Assembly (NCBI GenBank): GCA_949358305.1
Contig: OX442314.1
Coordinates: 20,584,001 to 20,648,000, forward strand
Origin: Strigamia acuminata
Lineage: Eukaryota
Direction: 5' to 3'
DNA length: 64,000 nucleotides
Shown here: piece by piece, positions 24,879 through 40,200 of the stretch
Layout: each line of letters starts with the position of its first letter
How positions within the stretch are numbered: the first letter of the stretch is position 1
The notes under the pieces: generated by a model
Seen by the model: only the letters and a program-made list of their open reading frames with translations
What the model was told of the DNA's origin: nothing
Database searches by the model: none
Translations under genes and position numbers: made by a program

Positions 24879-25169
24879 ATTTGTTGCGGCTCTCAGCTCG
24901 GCTTCCAGAAACTTATTATCGCGTACTATTCAATTCCTTCGAGCCGCCATTTTGCCTGAAATCGCGGATCACGTCAATTGACGTCAGGAAATGTCATTCA
25001 GCACTAGTAATTCGAGAATTTTTATCTACGAACCGAGACTCCCGTGTTCTTGTTCAGAAATAAAGCAGGCTGATAAAATATACAATATAAACTTTTTATA
25101 TTTGTTTTGGTTTCGTTTTAGAACATATTGTTGGTTTGTATTTTATTCTGTTTCGAACTTGAAAAACGT
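24879..25169. promoter_or_regulatory. Probable bidirectional promoter between BORCS5 and ALKBH3
   Basis: Divergent ATGs ~290 bp apart. Contains a YY1-type GCCGCCATTTT (~24943-24953) and a CRE palindrome TGACGTCA (~24979-24986). Confidence 0.6.
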
Positions 25170-26548
25170 ATGGATAATAAACGACGCCAAGGTAATCGTG
25201 TTCAAGGAGGATGGTCGAAGCCGATTCCTTCCGGATCCCGAGCCAAACCCGTGCGGGAGGGACAATCGCACACTGGAAAAGCTTTTGAGTTTGAACAAAC
25301 AGACCAAGCTCGAGTAAACACATCTATTTAAATTGTAAATCTCACATTTTAATTCGATTAATTCGCTTTTATTTTGTTAGGTCCACAGACAGAAACCTCC
25401 TGATATAATTTACAAGTATGTATAAATATTCTTATTTAAATCAATCTCTATGATTTTTATTTTATTTTTAGCGAAAATATACTGTTGGAAGAAAAAGTTC
25501 TGAGTGAAACGACAAATGGAAAATCCATGTAATTGTAAAAATAAAACTCACGTGATAAATTTTTGTGCTTAAATAACTTTTATAATTTCAGAATTCGTTA
25601 TAATCCAGAATTTATAACAAATGCAGACGGAGCTTTCGCTCAGCTAGAAAATGGACAATGGGAAGAAGTTAAAGGAATTGCCAGGGGAAAGGAATTTCTA
25701 ATGCCCAGACAAATGATTTGGTACGGACCACGTCCGTATAGCTTTGCTGGTGCTACCCTGATAAATCACGAAGTTGTAAGCTTTTTAAAATAATAATAAT
25801 ATAGATGAAAAGAAACATAACTATAATTTGCTCCTCTGCTTTAAAAAATTTAGATGCCTCCAGTTGTACAAGAAATTAACGAACTGATCCGAACAATAAT
25901 GAAAAGGGAGAACGTTTTTAATTCAGTTCTAATCAATCATTACCGCGATAATAAAGATAGTGTTGATTGGCACAGTGACGATGAAGCGCTGTTTGGAAAG
26001 GAGCCATACATAGCTTCCGTATCGCTAGGAGAGACGAGAAATTTTGATCTGAGACAGAAACCGATTCTGGTATTACATTCTATTCACAAATTATGTCGGG
26101 TACAAGTATTGTTGCATTATAATTATAATTGTTGAAAACAATTGTCGCCCTTCAGTTTGGTGGGTAAACAAACAATACCTCTTCCTTTTTGTTGGGAACA
26201 AACTTGATTATACTGGTGATTTGCGTTCAAGGATTTTCCCTTCGTAACTTAACAGCTGTTGTTGGTTATTAAGTAGAATTAATTCTTTATTCACAGCCCG
26301 ACACAACCTACGAATACAGCCAGATTGTTTCAATTCCTCTAGTTCATGGAAGCCTCTTGATAATGGAGGGGGCTGTTCAGCTGGATTGGCAAGTTAGTAA
26401 AAAGCGAGAGATATAAATAAATAAAAAAATAAATCAATAAATAAACTAATTTTTTATTATTCTCTTTTTTTTGCAGCATCGTTTGAGGAAGGAGTTCCAT
26501 TCGAAGGAAAATCGAATTAATCTAACCTTTCGCGATTGCATTTGTTAA
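25170..26548 (+). CDS. ALKBH3: Alpha-ketoglutarate-dependent dioxygenase AlkB homolog 3-like
   Basis: Exons 25170-25313, 25381-25415, 25472-25528, 25592-25775, 25854-26069, 26297-26392, 26477-26548. N-terminus MDNKRRQGNRVQGGW resembles ALKBH3; PRQMIWYG, FNSVLINHYRDNKDSVDWHSDDE (HxD), IASVSLGETRNF, HGSLLIMEG..DWQH, RINLTFR. Confidence 0.88.
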
Positions 26549-27033
26549 CTTTGTAAAATTGTGACAATAAAAATAAACACGTTAATATATCAAGTTAAAA
26601 ACAATGAATAAATAAGTGAGATGTGGGTTAATGGGATGCATTTGTCAATTAAGTTACATAAAAATTAAGATGGTTGATATATGTGAAGGATTTCCTTTTT
26701 AATCTTCAGTCCTTATAAGTGAACCATCTGGGCTGGGTCGAAATAAGCAAAAACACACCAAATAAGGCATGCATCAACATAAACTCCATAAAATCATGAA
26801 TCTAGGATATTTATTCACCTCTTTATAACAACTAATCCGCCTAGTTTTAACTCAAATTGTCGAGATTTAATTGCGAACTAATCTAAAATGATTGTATCAA
26901 AAATTACAAATCGTCAACTCGATACAATCGCAAATTATACGTTTAACACCAAATATTATTGAATAATTCTTGGTGCTTTTACGAGTTGTGTTTCGGGGTG
27001 TTTAGAGGCTAAAACCGATTGCGCCAGACAAAG

Positions 27034-27051
27034 GTCACGTAGTCACGTGAC
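27034..27051. promoter_or_regulatory. Tandem E-box-like elements upstream of beta-tubulin
   Basis: GTCACGTAGTCACGTGAC, containing the palindrome GTCACGTGAC, ~125 bp upstream of the ATG. Function is inferred only. Confidence 0.4.
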
Positions 27052-27174
27052 TGTTATGACGTAGCACATTGGCGAGTCATAAAACTCAGTTGACTCACTT
27101 TACTCTCTTAGACCGCCGTGGAAATTTAACAGTCGAGGTTCTTCGTGATCATACACTACATTTGACCAAGCAAA

Positions 27175-29961
<2,787 letters not shown>

Positions 29962-30149
29962 TTTTAAATCAGCTGCTTTTCTACTCTATTTTGTTATTGG
30001 TTAGATTTTTTAAAAATGTAACAAAAAAAATTTGGCATACATACCTAAATAAGTGGAAATCCATAAGAATCTTCAATTTAAGTAAATTTATGTGCACGTG
30101 AATAAATATAATTGGCTTGTTTATGAGTTTCATTCCTTTTCTTAAATAT

Positions 30150-33100
30150 TTTTTATTTCTCGTTTCATTCTCAAGTAATCACAAATTATGAAAAACTTTT
30201 TTCAGTCTAACAAAAATTTTCACCAAAGATATTTCTAATTTCCAGCCATATTGTAGAAGGTAAATTACACTGAAATAAATATAAATATCCAATTTTACAC
30301 AAAAATGGGATTTCATAGGAAGAAAAGTTGTACACATTCCAGAGTATTATCAACAATATGGCAAGAAATTTTTAAAGTACATTAAAACAGCCACAAAGCT
30401 TTTTTTTTTGTTTCTTTGTCTGTGAGCCTTTGACAACTTTTACATAAAATATTCCCCTTTTATCCATTTTTTTTTTTACAAAGTAGTAATAATAATAATA
30501 ATAAGACAAAAAATGAAGTGGCCACATAAGTACGAACGAAAATTCCCATCATAAAACATTAAAACACAAATTTGTTGTTTTCCTGAGTTGATATCCAAAT
30601 CAGCCATGTTGATCCAGAATTTTTCTTTCCTCCGTCAATTGCGGATCAACACGGATGATACTGCGATTTCATTATATGTATAAAGATGATAATCCAGATG
30701 ACATTATTTTCCTCGCCATCATTAACGTCGATTTGCACAAAAACTTTGAGAAGAAACAAGTACAAACCATAAAACAAATAATAGGACAAACCAGCAATAA
30801 CAACTTCTCGTACTGTTCGTTAAATTAAACATGTTAACACACCCAACTTTAGTACAATGAACAGATTAGACAATTCTTTCTTTCCTTTCATGAAATGGTG
30901 AAATCCAAATACTGCAACCAGGGACTTTTCGAACAACGGAGACAAATTTTCAGAGAAATCTAAATTTAAACACCACTATAGTTACATTATAATTGTAAAT
31001 TAGATAAATTTGACATCATTGCGGAACAATTTCGTCAAAAAAGAAGAAAACTTTAACAGCAAAACAATAAAATAAACAAACCCACAAAAAAATGTCGAAA
31101 GAGACAGAAACAATTAGTTTTTTAAAGTCACCACTCGAAAAAAGTAAGTACCGGAAATAAAATTACAGAAATGGAATGACCATTAAAAATTTGGGTAAAA
31201 ACTCATGTAAGTACATTGAAACAAGAACAAAGCGTGGAAGACATATAAACAAAAAAATTAAACAAAAAAAGCTTAGCTGTCTGAAAAAGTAAAACCTTTT
31301 TTTTTCCAAAATGGCGACTTTGAAAAACGTACATTTTTTCAAGTAAAATAATTTTTTATAATACTTTATACTATATGTATATTCACTTAATTATAGATAA
31401 ATAATTTACATCCAAATTACATAACCCTTGGATTAAAAAAATTAATTAATTTTGAGGAAACAAAAATCCACACACACACACAAGTGGCCAGAATTGCAAA
31501 CAACTTTGCTCACATTTTAAACGAAAAATTAGGAAAAATTATAATTTAAAACAAAATCTTTGGTATAAAGCATCCCAACATATAGCTGTACTCGGTCATC
31601 TGCCATAGTTTATCACAAAATCAAAAAATACTTTTACTTTTATGAAAATACCTTTCCAATAATAGCCACTGGGTATATTTGTCAATTTTACAGATTATAC
31701 AAAACAATTTTTGTTGTGACATGTAAACAATAAATTAAAATTTATTTTCTCACCCTTTAAATACTACCAAAATTTGATGTATAAATAAATCTTGTTTCGT
31801 AAAGGAAGTAAATAAACGAGGAAAACAAATTCGATTAATTAATTAATACCTTTCTTTCTAAATTTTTGAGGTACAAAAATAGGACTAGAAAAGGACAGAT
31901 GACAAGGACACTCTTTGGCCCACATATCAAACAATAAACCAAAGTAACATATCTAAACAATTCATTAGTTAAATTTAACCATCAATCTCGTGGCAACAAA
32001 ATGAGTTAGAACACATTTCATTTTACAATTTCTGTTTAAACATTAGCACACAAAAGTGCATCGAAGGAAAAATAATAATAACACCAAAACTTAACTCAAA
32101 ACGAAAATAAACAAACATTTCAACAAATTACCCTTAGATTGTACGTGCACTTTTATATTAAAAACAAAATTATACTAGAAAAAATAATAATAATTATATA
32201 CCTGCCCCAGGAGATATTATACCCATGGCCCCATGAAAACACTAATTCAGAACAAATTGCAACTCAAATAAAAAGGACAACTATTGGGCCGCTTGACACA
32301 CATTTTTAGCATGATCCTACTTGGGCCATGCATCACAAAAAATTAAAAGAAAAAGAAAAATGAGCCGTAAATCAAATTTGATAGAAAGAAATCACTAAGT
32401 TCCTTACACATAGAATAGAATTATTTCATTTTAACTTCCCAGTAGCTGCCATCTAACTGGACCAAATAAAATTGTAAATTGTAAAGTACATTGACCTTAA
32501 AGATTTTTTTGATTAACTTAAAACAATAACATTTTTTGTTTTGTTATTGCACCATGTTGTTGTTTTTATACACACTAAAATAAAAAGTAAAAATAAAACA
32601 GAAAACTAACTGAATAAAACAAAAAATCCTCCATTAAATTCCATTTCGTTTTCTTGCTTTAAATAAAATAAAAAGTTTGAAGAAATTCGGCTCACACTTA
32701 CGACATGACGTCACTGACATGAAGGTCAAGGGTCAACAGACAGTGTTTTGTATTTACATGGGACGCCACGGATTACGTGTTTTATACAAACGTCACGCAC
32801 GCCAAGTGGTAATCTAGGAGAGAGAAGATAAAACAAAGGGGAATGTAGTTACAAAAACAAAAAATAAAATCATAAAGTACAAAAAAATTTCATTGCCACT
32901 CAAAAGCTGTATTTTTTTTTGCTGCTAATGCATGGAATTAGAGCCAAAGAGAAAGAAAAAAGAGGGTTTTAGTTTTTTAATTTTTTTTTTGAAGTTGAAA
33001 TCAAAATAATACAGAGGTCAAAGTAATAAATAAAGAATTAAAATTAGTAAAGTGTTAAGTCAATTAAAATCTGATTAGGCACAATCAAAAGGAATTCAAT

Positions 33101-34746
33101 GAAAATAACGATAAAAGAAAAATGATAAAAAATAGCAGTCAGCAAAAAGCATGCAGTGGGCATATTAGCATTTTTCATCACCGTATTTCCTATTTTAATT
33201 TATTTTTTACCTGCTACCAATTTTGTTTATTTTCAAAATAAATAAATAAATGTAGGTTCAATTCCCATTCCCAAGAATTAATAATTCTATTAAAAGTTCA
33301 AAATAAAAATAAAACATTTAGGTATTTGATTGGAAATACGGTAATTTCAAATGATAATAATAAAAGAATCAAATAAACGTTATCATAAACCAAAACCTAG
33401 AAACTATAATAAAAAAATAATAAAGTAATAAAAATTGACGCAAAATTCAAAAAGCTGCAAAAAGATGTTCAGGATTAAATCATAGATCGGCTTTGGAAAA
33501 AGGTATATCAAAATGCAAGCAAGCTTTTATGGTTATAATTCAAATTATAAAAATAAAGTTTGAAACTTGTGTGAAAAAAATAATGCAGCGTGCCCAAAAT
33601 TAAAACCATCTTTTCATAAAAGCAATAGTGTTTCAGCAATATTATTCATCGTGTAACTTGAATTTAATAAAGAAAATAGAATGATAGATTCAAAGAATTG
33701 TAAATTACGTCTTAAAAAAGAAAGAAAATAAACTGAACCAAGCGAATATAAAAAAGAATAAGATAAAACAAGATAAGATAAGAAAAAAAATGGTAAAAAA
33801 AAGTAATTAAATAAAATTATATACAAAATAAATAGGTTAAAGGTGGTATAAACAAGGGGTAAGGAAAAGAAACAACAAACACAAGCAAAAAAATGAGGAC
33901 TAACAACCACAAAAACCGCATTAGACGACAATGCACAAACAAAACGAACATTCTGACAGTTTGACACACACACACATACACACACACACTCTCATCATTA
34001 CACAGACAGACAATAAACAATTTCTGCGACGTTGGGCATAGGCCACAGTTGAAGGCACTAAGGAAACAAAAAAGAGTACATGAGACAAAAGTGTACACAA
34101 CAAAAATAATCAGGTAATTGCATTTTTTCCTTTTCTTTTCGTTTTTTTTGTTGTTCGAGATAATTCCAATAGGTAATAACAAAAAAAACAAAAAAGATTA
34201 TCTGGAAACAACAAGGATCAGTCATTTATAATTGACAAACGAGGGAAAAAGAGAAGAAATTAAAAAGACTCACCAACACTTAAGAACAGGACCAAGGGAT
34301 TGTACGACTCACAAAAGACTGTACACATATTACTATCATAAAACAAGTAGCACAAACATTGTCAACATATTGTCCCATTTAAACATAAAAAACTAATGTA
34401 TTTCACTAATATGACTAAAACAGATGCTAAAAGATAAACTTCTACTCTATCTCAGGTGCGTTTATTTTGTTTTCGTTTCGGGCTCAAATAAGACTATGAA
34501 GACTTGAATATTTTATAAAGGATTCAAAGAAACATTTAAGTCTATTTCTTTCCATTCAAATTTATCTATTTACTTCATAGTCTCGCGTTTTCGCCTCAAA
34601 TAACATCTTCATCCCACTTCCATCCCACATTCCCATCATCGTTTTACAAGATAAACAAATCCCCACCACCACCACAACCCTAACAAAACTTGTACTTATT
34701 TGATTACCCTTTTAACTTAAACATATATCTGCACTCTATCTGCTGA
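30150..34746 (-). other. Probable long terminal exon / 3' UTR of the CELF gene
   Basis: Minus-strand acceptor (..TTTCTGCAG, AG at 34748-34747), strong strand asymmetry (U/UG-rich on minus), no credible ORF, and a minus-strand AATAAA near 30152-30157. Inferred; no transcript evidence. Confidence 0.55.
33964..33989 (+). repeat. (CA)n microsatellite, read as (UG)n in the CELF 3' UTR
   Basis: ACACACACACACATACACACACACAC, directly visible. Confidence 0.9.
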
Positions 34747-37221
34747 CTGCAGAAATTGATAACTTCAAAAGAAGACGAATTTATATCTCTTTGGTCTTCA
34801 CTGCACTTTGCCTTCCAATCTCCATAAGAGCCCAGTGAAATAAAATGCAAAATAAACCAGTCTTAAATCATCAGTATGGAATAAAATCTTTATTTTCTTA
34901 TGCAAAAAAAAAAGAAAACAAAAAAACTGATACCTACATCATCAACGATGAAGGAATTTTAATTTCTACTCCTCTTTCAAAAGAAAATTGAATATTAAAT
35001 CCAAATCTAAACACTTTGGCACAACATTGCAGAATTATCACTTCAAAATAAAGCCAAAGTTTGTATTTTTATCACAACATTATCATTAGCTGAAATATAT
35101 GTATTTTCATGTACAAAATAATATTGACATTTAAAAAGAAAAACTTCTATCATACTCGTCAGGAGCAATTATAAATATTTACCATCAAAAGGCACATTTT
35201 GGATCATGATGTATCATAAACCCCAATTAATTCAATTTATAAAATATTTAAATATCAATAATTTAAAAAAATAATTGTAAAAATAAAAACACTTACCGTT
35301 AAACAGCTTACAAATTTGCCCAATTTGTACTGCGCAATCAAAAGAAAAATACAAGCCATGGTGAAATTATTATGTATGTATAGTTTCATTAAATTTTTAC
35401 TCGAATTTAATTTTTAATCAAATCCAAACTATGCACAAGCTTCAAAATGCACACTGGGGAAATTCAATTTAAGGACAGAAAATTAAAAAAATTGAAATAA
35501 AAAAAAATTCAACTTACCATTATAAAACAGGTGACAAATAAAGTTTTCCCAACTGATTCAAGCCTAGAGCCATGCAAAACTAGGATCCAATCCAAAAGCC
35601 TCTTGTTAAAACCGAACAATTTATTTACTTGCACCACACAAAAAGAAATCTATACTCAATTCCAGTTATTTACTCGTGAAACCTCCACATGTTTAATTTA
35701 CTCCGTTTAAGGGTAACGGTTAAACCATCATTTTTCAACCAACCGTCTGTCGCCTGACATTTAATTGAGATAAATGAAACGGCAGCTACAAGGTCCACTT
35801 CAATTTAGTTAATGGTTGACAATACATAGTCTCTTCAACTTCATATATTTTCATGATTGTAAATAGCATTCCATTAAACGGAATCTGTTTTATTGTAGTC
35901 TACATTTTGATTACTTTATAGCACTTTCCCAATGAATACGAATCAACTGGATTAAATTTTAATTTATTGTTTTTGCGCAATTATCTGTGAAAATATTGCC
36001 ACGTTTTAATCAATATTCAGCAGAAATTATGAGCGCTGCGTTTTCATAAACTACCGTCATACTTCGAATTAAAATAAAAGCCATAAATTTACGAACGAAT
36101 CGAATTTTTTAAAGTATATTTTAGCAGAATTTTATTTTAATTTTTGTAAACAATTAAAAAAATTTAAAGCAAAGAAGTGGGTAGCCGAAAACTCATTATC
36201 ACCTGCTAAAATGCAAACCAAAAAGGAGACCGATGCTGGCGATTCTGCCAGCAGACCTAACGCGGCAACTTCAAAACCGAACGAGCGAATAAATGAGGGA
36301 ATTATTTGATTCTCCCTGTCCTGAAGTATTGCAGCATTTCTTCGTTCATTTTTGAAGTTGCCGCCTGAGGTCCGCATATTAGTGTCTGCAACAAGATCGC
36401 CAGGAGTGTGCTTTTAGGTTTGCGGTTTACCCATCCCCTTATCACCTGTGAGTTCATGTTTTTCACGTCCAACTTGACATGCCCGCAATCGGTCATTTGC
36501 GTGTGAATTTTGTGCAAATTCCCAAGCAAATTGCATTTTTGACGCTGTTTGTGGTTCTTGCGAATCACTTTTCAAACCAAAATTGATTTCTCTTTACAAG
36601 TTAAACTCACTTTTTCAAAACGTTTCAAAAGTAAAGAATTAAAAAGGCAAACTTCCATTTGATACGGTGCAAATAAAAAATTATTCAGATAACCTATAAG
36701 CATAACTATAAGACCCAAACATGCGTGATAGAGATCAAATAGAAGACTTAAAAATAAATGAATAAAGTAGTGCAGTGAAAGACCAAGTGACAAACCACTA
36801 GAAGCTTGAAAATTAATTTACGAACACTTTAAAACCAAATAAACACACATGCATTATCGTTTCCTATTGTTTATAAGCTCAGATAGCCGCCCACTAATAA
36901 TTTTCTAAAACTTTTGTCTAATTCTAGCCTCACTTTTTACCTTTTGTTGTTAAACCACCTTTAGCTCTGAATTCCCAGATAGAACTCAAATAAAGCAAAA
37001 AAAATAAAGAAAATAAAATGAGAAGAAAAATAAAATGGGAAAAATAATAATAATAAACCATAAGTGGACGGGCTTGTGGTGAAGGATTAAAATAAGCTGC
37101 GATAAACTTATATTTAAAATAAATTACTAGGAAAATAAATTTTTGATCATTCAAAATGGATAGTTTCAGCCACAAAATGAAGAAAATATTTTGTTTTTAC
37201 TTACACACTTCCCCCCCTCTT

Positions 37222-40200
37222 TCAATACGGCTTGTCTTTGGATCTCTTGAGCTGAACTTTGAGCCTTTTCATTCCTATTTGAAATCCATTCATTGCTTGG
37301 ATGGCTGCCTGCGCTGAAACTGGATTGTCGTAACTAACAAATCCTAAATAAAAAGAAATAACAGTCAATTGGACGCATTCATTTCACACAACTACAAGAA
37401 CCAAACAAAGGCACATCCTTTACATCCGTAATAAATAATAATCAAATAAATATTTTGGCATATAACTAACTAGCTGTAAACTCACTTATACTTGTAAGAA
37501 AATTACCAAAAAAAAGAGAGCTAATGTGCAGTTTCGTTCAGGCATGGCGCTGCGAGTGTGCTGCTAGTAATTTACATACCAAGACCAAATTTTATTTTTG
37601 TATTGGAGTAAGTTACTATAACTATGTGAAATATTCATTTCGTGCCAGTTCTACTTATTCCCACACTTCTTAACAGTTCGTTTGATGCAATGCATTGCCA
37701 AATACTGCTAAATTTGCACAAATTTAAAATAACTTACATCTAAGCTAGAACTGGAAATCACCAATTTAAAATGTTCTTTCAAATATTTCTACCAGTTCTT
37801 GGGGCTTGGGGCTAATTTTTTTTTACTTGCAATTTACACAATAATTATCGAGTTTTGTTAGGTCGTCTCTTAATTTTACTCATCCAATGAGGATTCTTAA
37901 GAGTTGAGACTCAGGTCACCATCCAGACTATTTTAATTCAATTAAATTCCCTAAGAATTAGACGCAAATTAATGATTCGCAATTTAAGTTCCTTTCCTCT
38001 AGCAACAAATCAAATTATTGCTGAAATGAAAAACATGTAAAGTCAAATGAGTGATCAGCACTTTGACCAATTTGCGCCAGTCGAGCAAACCTCTTCAACT
38101 TACCAAAACACTTGCTGAGATTAGTCTGCTTATCAATAAAAACTTTAGCTGATATGACATTTCCAAATGGCATAAAGGTCTGAGCGAGATCATTATCACC
38201 AAATTCCTGTGGCAAGTGGTAGATGAAGAGGTTGGCCCCTTCAGGACCTGAGCGGGAAAGAGTAGATGAATCTATGAGTGAAGACAAAAAAAAACGGGAA
38301 GGCAAAAGAAAATGGGATGACCAAAAGAAAAAAAAGAAAAAAAAGAAAAAAAAATGAATTAAAAGTCATTATTAATTTCTACGTTAGATTAAATAACGTA
38401 AGTATTGTGAGATTGGGGATTGGATTTTAACGAGTATTTCAGGAGGCGAGTGTTTTTACACATGCCATCTCTATCTCACCTTCGATTTGTTTTCCTGCAG
38501 GAGACGATGTCTGCTGTAAAGTAGCTTGAGTGAAAGCGTTTGGGAAGGCAGCTGGGAAGGTGTAAAAAAAAAACAACAAAGGACAAAAAATTATAAAATT
38601 GATTTAGTAAGGTATTGTAGTTAGATACAATGAAATAAATTCAACAATCCACACAAAACTGAGGACCATCAATGGCCACAGTGAGATTAACACATAAACA
38701 AACAGCAAGTGAGATACGAAGAGTTTTCACGTTTAATTTTGTTTTATAAAAACATGAAATAAAAGAAATAAAAAACATAATCACAAACATGTAAACTTTA
38801 CAGAGGTGAAACTAGGAGACAAAAACTTCCCACAACCTCACTTATGTGTGTGTATCCGTTAAAATCGCACGTGTTACCTGCGTATTGCTGGATACCCGAA
38901 TAGGCTTGAGAAAGGGCTTCTAAACTTGGCCCGTTGGCGGCCAAGCCAGAACCGAGCCCGTTCATATTGACCGAGCCCATATTAGTGGCAGCAGCTGCCA
39001 TGTTGGACAAATTGTTGGCGGACATACCCAGAGCCATCGTGCTCACTGGATTCATGCCACTAAGACTCTGCGCTGTGGACACGGGGACGGTCAAACCACC
39101 TAGAAAATTAATTAAATGTGTTTATTAATTAATTATACAAAATCAACAACCAAAAATAAAAATGATTTCTCATGCAGAGGATGTGTATTTGTCTATTAAC
39201 CCACTTTCCTTCCATACATATTTTCAATTTAATTCCTTTAAGCATTTAATAAAATTGCCAGAGTTTTATGTCGTGAATTTCTTGTAGAACTTAACTTTAA
39301 GGAGATAATTTTGTCGTAGCAGTATGCAACAACATATCGCAGTCTCGTGAAAAAGCTTTCACCTTTCAAATTCGGTGCTATCAAATACAAGCCACGGTAT
39401 CAACAAATGGCGACCCTGGGCGTCCGCCCTTAAGACCAGCTCTGTGCTTTCAATCTCCAAATGGAAAAGAAAGTGGTTTCACACAAGAAAAGTAGCTTTC
39501 CTTCTTTATTTAAACTTTCAAGAAAATGCGACTTTTCAGTCTTCAGTTGAAATTTAGACCCAAGCTAAGATAATACTTACTCGAAATGCAAATTAAATAA
39601 TTATTTTGAATATTTGCTTCTCTCTGTTTTATTGGGAACAAGTTATGTATTTATTCATCATGATAAAACTAAATCTCAACTGCGATTTATTAAGCCAACT
39701 ACACAGAACACACAGCAGACTAACTTACACCACACACTATATCATGCAGTGCAATATTTATAAAACAAAATTACCAAATTCAATCCAACTCACCTGAACT
39801 GCTTGCTTTTCCTAGTAGAGCTGCTTAAGGAGCGCCATTAACAGAGGACAAAGGAGTAACAATAAAAAAAAAAAGATAGGGAAAAAACAAAAGCAAAAAA
39901 AAAGCGAGATTAGTCAAATTTACAGTACAAAAATTGGTTAGTAAACAAACAAAATAATTAATGTTTCATGTTTTAAACACGATATCAATCTAACACATGC
40001 GACTATGAACAGAAACGTTAAACTACGCCATCTAGTTACAACATTTTAGTCAAAATTGATAACCAACCTGTAGCTGATGTCAGGCCTGGTAAGGCTAAAA
40101 GCAAACAGAAACGAATTAAAAATTTCTTTTTGCTATAATAAAGAACAGAGGCTGAATAAAACGTGTGTTGAAACTTTAGACATAGCAGCATAGACCTATA

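Noticed and set aside
33614..34191. Hydrophobic, Cys/Val/Phe-rich ORFs
   Set aside because: Translation artefacts of U/UG-rich low-complexity UTR sequence.
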